Of a stretch of DNA of 64,000 nt, positions 18,871 through 27,027 are shown piece after piece. The stretch is from Methanobacteriota archaeon (GTDB taxonomy: Archaea > Thermoplasmatota > Thermoplasmata > UBA10834), in assembly GCA_020725925.1 (NCBI GenBank), contig DYTN01000004.1:2802-66801 (forward strand), written 5' to 3'. The notes under the pieces were generated by a model. The model was not told where the DNA came from. It was given only the letters and a program-made list of their open reading frames with translations, and searched no databases. The translations under genes and the position numbers were made by a program. Each line of letters begins with the position of its first letter. Position 1 is the stretch's first letter.

Positions 18871-18982
18871 TGCAGGTGCCGGGATTCGAACCCGGGCCGT
18901 TGGCTTTCGTCCCTCTCCATTTTATCTTCTTTCAACGGAGCGGCTGGAAGGCCAAGATCCTAACCAGCTAGATTACACCTGC
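18871..18982 (-). tRNA. tRNA-Gly (anticodon UCC) with an intron of about 40 nt (roughly 18905-18944) adjacent to the anticodon loop; no encoded CCA
   Basis: The reverse-complement strand folds. Acceptor GCAGGTG/CACCTGC. D-arm ATCT-AGCTGGTTA-GGAT. Anticodon stem TTGGC/GCCAA with loop CTTCCA(G) and anticodon TCC. T-arm CCGGG-TTCGAAT-CCCGG. Discriminator A. Confidence 0.75.
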
Positions 18983-19006
18983 CCGTGGTTGGAAAACGCG
19001 TACTCT

Positions 19007-19014
19007 GATAAATA
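19007..19014 (-). promoter_or_regulatory. TATA box (TATTTATC on the minus strand) for tRNA-Gly
   Basis: Lies 25-32 nt upstream of the tRNA 5' end. Confidence 0.45.
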
Positions 19015-19160
19015 CGTGATTGTGCGGCTCACTCCCCCATTGCTATCCCACTGGGCGAGCGGGCGGTGACCGGGATCTCGCGAGTACATCCTCATGGGTA
19101 GCACTCTTTGTCTTTCCACCCCGCAAGAAATAACATCCTCTGAGCCAATCACTCCATTCG

Positions 19161-20219
19161 TTGTCGCTGCTTTCCGACATACACAGAGCGGTCGAGGAGA
19201 CGTCCAGGAAACTCTTGCAGGTGTCCGTCCCGCCCGTCAAGTACTGGCTTCTCGTGGACACGCTCGAGAAGGACGAGAGGGACCCCCTCGTGCGGAGGAC
19301 CGTCGCTGAGTGCGCGACCTATCCTCCGAGGGACAAGCTCCTCAGGACCCTGGGGCCGGACGGGACCTGGCCGATATCCAAGGCCAGGAAGGCAGCTGAA
19401 GATGCGGGTCCTGGCCCTCCTGTCGGATGGACATATGTCACCATCCTCAGGAACCTGCAGCTCTTGGAGGACATGAAGACCGACAGGGAGGACGGGCACA
19501 TTGAGGCGGCCCTTGAGAGGATCCTCGGCTGGCAGTCGAAGGAAGGCTACATACTCGGCCCGAAGCACGACATCTTCCCGCTCCCCCACTACAACGGCTA
19601 CGCTGTGAGGAACCTCTTCATCTATGGTATGGACGACGACCCGCGTGTGAAGAGGCTTGCCGACTGGCTGCTCAGCATTCAGAGACCGGACGGCGGCTGG
19701 GCGATTCCCTATCTGCAGGATGTCAAGTATCTCCCCGAGTACAAGGACATGAAGACGCGCAACTTCCTGGAGCTCGTGCGAAAGGGCAAGACACCGAGAT
19801 CGGACCCGAAGGGATTCGAGGACGTTCCGAGCTGCATCTGGACCACGATGATGGTCGTTCGGGGCCTTGCCCGGGGGAAGGACTACCGGCCTCGGAAGGA
19901 ACTCCTGAGGGGGGCCGACTTCTTCCTCGACAGGTTCTTCAAGCCGAACTGGCACACGTCCTACTATCGCTCCGCGAAGTATTGGACCCAGCTGAAGTAT
20001 CCGCCTTGGCCGGGCAATGGGCTCACCGCCCTGTACCTTCTCACGATCCTCGGCTACGGCCCTGGGGACGAGCGGATGGAGAAGCCGATCAGATGGCTGC
20101 TGAGCACCAGGCATGGAGACGGTTTCTGGTGGCAGTCGGACAGGCCGCACGTCCAGAAGGACCAGTGGATAACTGGGTTCGCGGTCGATGTCCTGGCCAG
20201 ATGTGCGAGGAACCAGTAG
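19161..20219 (+). CDS. Prenyltransferase/squalene-oxidase-repeat protein (alpha-alpha toroid fold)
   Basis: Repeated QxxDGGW/DGxW-type motifs (RPDGGWAIPY, HGDGFWWQS, KEGYILG). High-GC, core-like composition. Confidence 0.45.
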   Translation: MSLLSDIHRAVEETSRKLLQVSVPPVKYWLLVDTLEKDERDPLVRRTVAECATYPPRDKLLRTLGPDGTWPISKARKAAEDAGPGPPVGWTYVTILRNLQLLEDMKTDREDGHIEAALERILGWQSKEGYILGPKHDIFPLPHYNGYAVRNLFIYGMDDDPRVKRLADWLLSIQRPDGGWAIPYLQDVKYLPEYKDMKTRNFLELVRKGKTPRSDPKGFEDVPSCIWTTMMVVRGLARGKDYRPRKELLRGADFFLDRFFKPNWHTSYYRSAKYWTQLKYPPWPGNGLTALYLLTILGYGPGDERMEKPIRWLLSTRHGDGFWWQSDRPHVQKDQWITGFAVDVLARCARNQ

Positions 20220-20551
20220 GTGGTCTCCGCGGCCGCCAAGGGTCGTCCTTCTTCAAGTGATAGGGTCATGACAAGCATGGGGCTCTGGACGACCTGAAGC
20301 CCAGGACTCACGAAACCAGCAAGAGAGAAGTGACCAGATGGGGGCAGGCCGACATCGAACTGACACATACTGACTAGATTTCAATCGGGCGGAATTGAAT
20401 TTCGGGAGAACGCACCAAACCTCTTTCTTTTTCTATGGATTTTCGTGATGATGATTCATTAGGGGTTCGAACACCATTGCATGCAAATCGTGTGCTCTTT
20501 CATGAACCATATCCGAAGTCAGTTCGTGTCGAGATTTCTGTCTTCGACTCT

Positions 20552-21553
20552 TTAAGCGACAAAAGCCGATGCCTTGTCCTTCCACCGACCAACGTATTCC
20601 GCAAACATATGCTCGCTGCTCTTGAAAAGGGAGACCGGTCTCCCTCTCTCTACTGAGAAGACGCCAATTTCAGCCATCTGTGAAGCTCGAGATAGGACTT
20701 TGCTCTGTGGTTTGGGCTTGATTCCGTAGAGTCTGTGCTGATACTCTGAGAGATCCTTGTCGCTCATCCCGAGTCTTCTGTCTGCGAAATATGACGGGAG
20801 ATAGTTTGAGTTTGTCAGTCTTATGAAGGGCGTTATGTGTGTAAAATGAAGGAGATCAGCCATATATGCATGACCCTTCAGAATCGATTCAGACAATACG
20901 GTTGCATAAAGGTCCTCCAAGCTGCTGTCTTCCTTCAACTTCCTCGCACCGATCTCTCCGAAAACGTACTGCCCATCTTCCTTCTTCAGAATCTCCAATT
21001 CCACAAGGAACCTCAGGTACTGATTGACCTTGGTCTTGGATCTCCTTCCGTGAACGAAATCTGAAGCCTTGACAGTGTTTCTCATAACCACATTCGTTAC
21101 TATCTCATAGAGCGGGTTCATCTGATTCCGGATCTGATACAGCCTAAGGAATCGGCCGCCAATCACGCCCAGTAGTGCTCCTTCAGAACTGCTTCTGAAG
21201 CTGCCGAACTTAGATTCGATTCGCTCCGCAACGAACTTGCGATTTGGCAAGTCCAAATGCCAGCCGCCTTCGTCATGATCCACCTTGGTCTCGAAGACAT
21301 CCCTGAAGGGAGTGAACCTGACCTTGAAGAATCCTTCAGACGCGTCCCAGAGGTGTTGCTCTTTGACCGTCCCAAATGAATACACTTCCTCATTTCTGGC
21401 AGATGGCAATTCAGATAGAAAGAAGGACGTCCCCATGGTCCTGCGAACCAATGCCTCCACTTCGCGGGTGGAAACCTTCTGAGTGGTTAGAGGAATCCTG
21501 ATTATTTCGGACTCAGCTTTCGAGTTAGTCATGGTTCGCACCCATAATCCCAT
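20552..21553 (-). CDS. Hypothetical 333-aa protein, downstream partner of the C39-like peptidase
   Basis: ATG-initiated ORF overlapping the 3' end of the peptidase gene by 29 nt, which suggests translational coupling. Low GC. No recognised domain. Confidence 0.5.
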   Translation of the reverse strand: MGLWVRTMTNSKAESEIIRIPLTTQKVSTREVEALVRRTMGTSFFLSELPSARNEEVYSFGTVKEQHLWDASEGFFKVRFTPFRDVFETKVDHDEGGWHLDLPNRKFVAERIESKFGSFRSSSEGALLGVIGGRFLRLYQIRNQMNPLYEIVTNVVMRNTVKASDFVHGRRSKTKVNQYLRFLVELEILKKEDGQYVFGEIGARKLKEDSSLEDLYATVLSESILKGHAYMADLLHFTHITPFIRLTNSNYLPSYFADRRLGMSDKDLSEYQHRLYGIKPKPQSKVLSRASQMAEIGVFSVERGRPVSLFKSSEHMFAEYVGRWKDKASAFVA

Positions 21554-22175
21554 ACTTGTCTAGTGGTCCAGCAGGTCTCTGAACCCACATCACCCAGCGG
21601 GTCTCTTTACCCTCATCCCAGTATTTCAGCATTCTCACATCGGGGAGTGAGTTCTTGAAGCTTATTGCTCTACTCATATGTCCGGCAAATGGTTTGTAGG
21701 GGTCATGAAACCATACCATGCCGTCTTCAATCGCAACGACAACGAGGACATGATCCAGAATCATGCCTTCGAGATTGACCGGTTGCTGAGTGTGGTATTC
21801 AGGGCTTACGCCGACAATTGGATAAGATGCTGCCTCATCTTCGATTATTGATTTCAGCATCTGGAGCGTATTTCCACGATCTGCCTTCTCGAATACCCTG
21901 AAGGGGCTCCGCTTCTTGGCCAGATGGCTGTTGATGCTGGGAGTGACCGTCCCAATGGCACACCCTACTCCCTTTACATAGCCACATAGCTCATGCATGG
22001 TGCTCATCTTGATTCTCAACTCAGGAGATCCGGTCCTGGTCGCCAGGTCATCAAAGATATTCTTGAGGCAGGTCGGCCAACAAGTGTCTTTCAGATGCTG
22101 GACTTGCCATTTTGATGTCAGAAGTTCGAACTCAATATCATCCATTGTACCAGGCCTTGATTGATTTGCGAGCAT
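21525..22175 (-). CDS. Papain-like (C39-like) cysteine peptidase
   Basis: Gln/Cys-Trp catalytic motif QHLKDTCWPTC and His motif DHVLVVVAIEDGMVWFHDP (HxVVV...DP, as in the peptidase C39 family). The ORF is open to 22223, where the ORF track calls a TTG start; the first in-frame ATG (MLANQ) is at 22175. Confidence 0.45.
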   Translation of the reverse strand: MLANQSRPGTMDDIEFELLTSKWQVQHLKDTCWPTCLKNIFDDLATRTGSPELRIKMSTMHELCGYVKGVGCAIGTVTPSINSHLAKKRSPFRVFEKADRGNTLQMLKSIIEDEAASYPIVGVSPEYHTQQPVNLEGMILDHVLVVVAIEDGMVWFHDPYKPFAGHMSRAISFKNSLPDVRMLKYWDEGKETRWVMWVQRPAGPLDKYGIMGANHD

Positions 22176-22838
22176 TCCCCCAGATGCAGAGTTGATTATG
22201 CTGCATGTACCTCTCCTAGGCAACTACGCAGCAATCGAGTACTATCAGATAAATCCTTCCTGTGCCTGGATGAGGTGCATCGCGACAGAAACGCACCATT
22301 CAACAACTCATGCTTGACGATGAACTCACATAACTGCCTGAGACACTTGCGGGGTTCACATTCTGATGCATATGAACCGGGCTTCATCGAGACTTCTTTG
22401 CCTGCAGAGATGATGTTCTGATTCTGAACTCGTAGGCGGTCTGGCAGGCATCAAACGCTTGGAGCCTTACACTGTTCAAAACAAGACTCGGGCCTCGGAA
22501 AAGACCTCTATGATGAAGTGTCCCCTGCGCCTGGTCTGAATCGATGTTGTCGTTCTTCTTGGTTTGCCTCCGGTCGGGTTTCAGTCTGATTGGAGTTCGG
22601 ACATGCCTCCATTTGCGGTTTTCCCGTGATATGGCCACTTCGTCCATTGTCAGGGATCATCCCCAATCCCTACGTCGCACTCATTGCGTGCAGGAAGAAG
22701 ACCGGGGTCCAATCCTTGACTGCGACGTGAGGTCTCTGGAACCGAGCATAGCATGGCCTCTCGCTTATTCGTAGTTTCGCCTCTTGACGCAGGCGAAGAC
22801 CCTCTTCCACATACCATCCTTGTGGGCATTCTCGGAAA

Positions 22839-23573
22839 TTGAATACGATGAAGGTCGCGTTTCGCGAAATGCATATAAATGAATCAGCACATAACTTGGT
22901 CATGACATTCAAGATTAGTCCGAAGTACGATGCCGACTATCTGAAGGGAGATTCTGATATCGACAAGAAGTTGGACGTTTTTGAGGATCGTACGAAAGGA
23001 TGGACCCTTGAATGGGCCAAGAGACTCAGCGAGACTGAGCACGCTGGCTTCGCCGCGCTTGCTATAGCTCTCACTTACTTTGAAGCTCATGCTATCTACT
23101 ATAAGGGTGAGAGTTCAAATCCCAATAAATCGAAACAATTCTTCCGCGATGCATTCATTGATGTTTATGGGCATCATGTTCTTGGGATGGACCTGGCTGG
23201 CCGAATTGCAGATAATGTGTATGACCAAGGACGTTGCGGACTCTTCCACGAGGGAATGACAAAGGCAAAATTGCTGTTGAGGGATGATAACGGATCTGTG
23301 ACCTACTCCGAGGATTTCAACACTCATGAGCTTGTTGAGATATCGATAAATGTTCAAGAGTTCGTAAAGGAAATCGAGGCACATTTCCAAGAATACATGC
23401 AGAGACTACGAAAAAGCAGTGAAGTGACGTTGCGCAGGGATTTCGAGAGGTCATGGGACCGGGACTATCAACTCTCCATTCAGGCTTTGAGACAAGGCAC
23501 ACCGACGGAGGCGGTCCCAAGCACTCCACCGAATCCGGCTGCATCAGGTTCTCATTTGAGAGGGAACCCATAG
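22839..23573 (+). CDS. Hypothetical 244-aa protein with a possible HEPN-like Rx4H motif
   Basis: QGRCGLFHEG contains R-x4-H. There is no other motif. Low GC. Confidence 0.4.
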   Translation: MNTMKVAFREMHINESAHNLVMTFKISPKYDADYLKGDSDIDKKLDVFEDRTKGWTLEWAKRLSETEHAGFAALAIALTYFEAHAIYYKGESSNPNKSKQFFRDAFIDVYGHHVLGMDLAGRIADNVYDQGRCGLFHEGMTKAKLLLRDDNGSVTYSEDFNTHELVEISINVQEFVKEIEAHFQEYMQRLRKSSEVTLRRDFERSWDRDYQLSIQALRQGTPTEAVPSTPPNPAASGSHLRGNP

Positions 23574-23664
23574 TGCCCATTCTGCCGGGATCTGGACCCG
23601 GCGCGAGCTACACATCCTTTTTCTGATCTCAATCAAGTGGCGAATGTGCTCGCAGTTGAAACGC

Positions 23665-24966
23665 TTACTGTGGGGCTGGATTGCCCACAATTGATGCCTC
23701 GATTTGGCGAATCATTTCATCGCGAGATTGAATTTGATCCTTCAGGCACTTGCACAAGGCCTCTCGAGTAATCTCCTCCATGGCCGACGTTTGAGCCATA
23801 AGCTTGCTCTGGTCAAGATTTCTGGCGCCATGCAAGAGAAGTCCTCGTGCACGGTAAGCCTCCTTGACGGTGGCACGAATCTTCTTTCTTTCGACCGGTT
23901 CGGTCCCCAGGAAGTGAGCGATTCTCAGGCTGAGTCTATATGCGAACTCTCCGAATTCGACATCCTCTCCGAACAGCGATTCACAGGCAATCCAGTAATC
24001 AACCAAGGCTTCGTCCGGCCGTGGCCTGTCCACTGCATCACAGAATCTCTGAAGAGCCACCTTCCAGAAGGGAGGCTGTTTTTCTGCAATCTGTTCTACT
24101 AGCTTCCAGTAATGCCTAAGTCTAGGCAGACTCTGACTTTGGAGTGTGTAAGGTCTGCCAACTATTCTCCGTCGTGGGTAGGCAGTGCCTACGCGAACCG
24201 ACATGCCAGTCCAGCTCAGTGGTCGGCACCAGATAGTATCAAACCCTACTGACCCCGTCTCAGTCAACTTCATGATAGCTACGAACCACCAAAAGCAGTC
24301 TTGGTGCGTCTGTGTGAGTGCTGGGAAACCCCGCTTGACGACTGCTGTCATTTCAAGCACGAATCTCAGATGCCCGAATGGGAAGATTCTCGCTAGCGAA
24401 TCAGAGTCTGCTGCGATGCCATTGTACACAGCAAACTCATCAGCGTTCAACTTGCGAATGTTGAAAGGACCGACACGCTCCATGTCTGCTTCCATGGCGA
24501 AGTTGGCAAGCGGAGCTGAGAGGAGGTACTCGTCTTCCTCGCTGTTTAGGTAGTCTTCGAATGACTTGTAGTTCGATTCAAACTCTGCTTCCTTGAACTC
24601 GACGCCATCTTGCATGATTAGCTGGCGCGTAATCATTGGCTGGAGAATGTTGTATGCAAATGCCATGGGAACTACAGACGCTCCTTTGTCTTTGAGCAGA
24701 CTTGCTATGCTGCCGTGCCGAAGGAGGCCATTGGTCAAGGCTTCATTGGTCTTGTCATTGACGAAATCCAACGCAGTCGTTGCAGCAAGCAGTCGAAAGT
24801 CAGGCTTCGATTCTGACCCTACTGAAAAGGAACCATCCTTGCCAAACTCCACCTTGGGAACAAGCCTCTGTGGGAGTCCTCCTCTTCGGAGCACCGAGTC
24901 CCTAAGGACGCTCATGTAGCGAACAGTGAGGTCCTTGAGGGCGTTATACAAGATCTGATCTCGCAT
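23665..24966 (-). CDS. HEPN-domain abortive-infection-like protein (Abi/Apea-like)
   Basis: The C-terminal region YRLSLRIAHFLG ... KEAYRARGLLLHGARN contains the canonical HEPN Rx4-6H motif. Size is 433 aa. It lies in the low-GC island. Confidence 0.5.
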   Translation of the reverse strand: MRDQILYNALKDLTVRYMSVLRDSVLRRGGLPQRLVPKVEFGKDGSFSVGSESKPDFRLLAATTALDFVNDKTNEALTNGLLRHGSIASLLKDKGASVVPMAFAYNILQPMITRQLIMQDGVEFKEAEFESNYKSFEDYLNSEEDEYLLSAPLANFAMEADMERVGPFNIRKLNADEFAVYNGIAADSDSLARIFPFGHLRFVLEMTAVVKRGFPALTQTHQDCFWWFVAIMKLTETGSVGFDTIWCRPLSWTGMSVRVGTAYPRRRIVGRPYTLQSQSLPRLRHYWKLVEQIAEKQPPFWKVALQRFCDAVDRPRPDEALVDYWIACESLFGEDVEFGEFAYRLSLRIAHFLGTEPVERKKIRATVKEAYRARGLLLHGARNLDQSKLMAQTSAMEEITREALCKCLKDQIQSRDEMIRQIEASIVGNPAPQ

Positions 24967-25369
24967 GCAGAGGGTACACTGACCTCGAGCTTGATGAGGA
25001 AATCGGTTGCTGTGACGCCCTTCCTTCTCTAGAGGCTTTTCCGATTGCTCAAGGCTACTTGTTGAGTATCATGCTCCTCTCAGAACCACCCGAAGGAAAG
25101 TTTCTGTCTTGTTGATGTTTCCTTTCCCAAGGATGTTATGATGAAGTGGTCCCCTGTCAGATGGAGACTTCAGCATAGACGCTTTGCTAGGGCCGACTTC
25201 CTCGTATCCTTTTAACTTCGGTTAAATGATCAATAGAACGAAGACCGAAGAGGAACATGGGAATCTGACGAGCATGCGAAGGAGGAATTCCCGATTGTTA
25301 AGAATGCCGGACATCCGGTGAAGCATTGATGGTGCAAGTGTTTTCAATTTGCCGACAAACGGGCCTCGA

Positions 25370-25580
25370 TGTCTATGGAAAACATCGAGAACTCATGAGA
25401 ATGGGAAAAGACAACGGAAGAAGAGTCGAGACGGCACGAGCCTTTTTCATACGAGAAAATCCTCATGTTTTTCCATGGTTTTCCATAATTCTCAATGACT
25501 CTCATAGCTCATCTGAGATTCGCTGGCAAGAGCCTCAAATGAGGGTCTTTTCTCAATGATCTTTCCATTGATTCTCATGC
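25370..25580. repeat. Non-coding repeat locus A: a cluster of short motifs (CATGAGAA, ATTCTCAATGA, TTCCATGG), homologous in inverted orientation to locus B at 41640-41960
   Basis: Locus A 25477-25510 is GGTTTTCCATAATTCTCAATGACTCTCATAG. The reverse complement of locus B 41847-41884 is GGTTTTCCATAtgggatAATTCTCGTGACTTTTCCATAG. Locus A 25541-25575 (reverse complement CATGAGAATCAATGGAAAGATCATTGAGAAA) aligns with locus B 41735-41765 (CATGAGAACCATTGAGAATCTATGGAGAAAT). Confidence 0.6.
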
Positions 25581-25915
25581 GCTTATCAGATTACCTGGCA
25601 AGAAGCGTATGCGAGAGATTTTCTTCGGAGTGAGCGATTGCTCTTGTGTGAAGCACGTGCCGAGGCATCTCCTCCTCATGAAACCGTTCGGCGGTGAAGA
25701 ACCGACTTGACTCTTCAGTCCGATCGGTTGGAATTGAAATCGTGCTTTGGTTATCTGGCTAAGGGCTTGATCGGGCCCAGTTTGACTCACCGAGGTCCAT
25801 ACTGAGGGAGAAGCGGCGAAAAGTTGTATTCCCGAGAAGATCTGCGATCGGCATTCAGCCAGTATTTCGAGTTCAACCACTGTCCCTCGCCACTTGGCTC
25901 CAGTAGGATCAAGCA

Positions 25916-26950
25916 ATGTATGTCTGGCTAGAGCGGTTTCGTGTCTCGCCGCCGACTCCGAGACCAACGGCATACGTTTCATATCGAATGATTTACAATA
26001 CCCATCAGCTCGGTATGCCGAACATTCGCAAATCTGTATTCGGCTCAAGGTCGGAAAGGAATCTGTACGCTACTCTTACTTCTAGATGGTCCAACCGTTT
26101 CAACGTTTACCCGAACCTTCCTTTCCTCAATATCATCGAAGTCAAGAAGAACGAACTGCCCGTCTTCGACTTTGAGGTTTTGAAGAAATCGAGCGTTGAT
26201 TACACACTCTGCACCAAGGATGACGCACCCGTTCTATCAATCGAATTCGATGGACTCGGCTACGGCTTCTCCCGAGATGGGAAGTACGTTCCCGTCGTCT
26301 ATGACATTCCCGACCCATACAGGCAGGAAAAGATGAATCGAAAATTGAGGGCCGCCGACAAAGCGAATTACCCTCTCGTAATACTGTCCTATTTCGAGAA
26401 GGAACCGATCGGCAAAGATCTTCAGATAACCTTGGTTGACGGAATCATCGGACAGATCCTTTCGAGACGACGGTTTGATGAACTGATGAATGAACGTCTC
26501 AAGGAGGAACCCGACATTCTGTCAAGACTATCCAAACGGGAGATGGATGACCTGATTGATGGCATCGAGATAGAGGCAGATTTCGAGGAGAATCCTCTTT
26601 CGCGGAAGGCGGCAATCGCTGAGGTGGAAGCTGTGAAGCGAGGCCTCTTGAAACGATGGTCATTCCATTATTTTGAGGAGCCTACTGCACCTGACCTCCT
26701 TTCCTGGCCGCCTGATCCTGAATCTCTTTCACGGAGAATTGATGCACTCAGGAACGCCGAATGGATTGGTGCTCGTATTGTTTCTGACACCCCTTCTGGG
26801 ATAGTATTGGAAACCGCAGCGAAAATCCGGAGCATCTCGGGCCATGGAGTCTCTCCCTTGATTCTCGTTGAGGATATCGTCAGACTTCTGCATGCAACGA
26901 AACTGCTGGACGACCACACTGAAGAGATCCCTAACAGAACCTCAACCTGA
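25916..26950 (+). CDS. DUF2726/NERD-like PD-(D/E)xK-type nuclease-related protein
   Basis: VDYTLCTKDDAPVLSIEFDGLGYGF fits the DUF2726 core (DF-hl...p-l-IE-DG), recalled from memory. 344 aa, low GC, next to the methyltransferase. Confidence 0.35.
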   Translation: MYVWLERFRVSPPTPRPTAYVSYRMIYNTHQLGMPNIRKSVFGSRSERNLYATLTSRWSNRFNVYPNLPFLNIIEVKKNELPVFDFEVLKKSSVDYTLCTKDDAPVLSIEFDGLGYGFSRDGKYVPVVYDIPDPYRQEKMNRKLRAADKANYPLVILSYFEKEPIGKDLQITLVDGIIGQILSRRRFDELMNERLKEEPDILSRLSKREMDDLIDGIEIEADFEENPLSRKAAIAEVEAVKRGLLKRWSFHYFEEPTAPDLLSWPPDPESLSRRIDALRNAEWIGARIVSDTPSGIVLETAAKIRSISGHGVSPLILVEDIVRLLHATKLLDDHTEEIPNRTST

Positions 26951-27027
26951 GAGGTCTCCTATGCCATCGCCGCGTCCAGTATGATTGGCCCGGTGACGGT
27001 CATCTGACGACGCGCTCTCGTTCTCAC

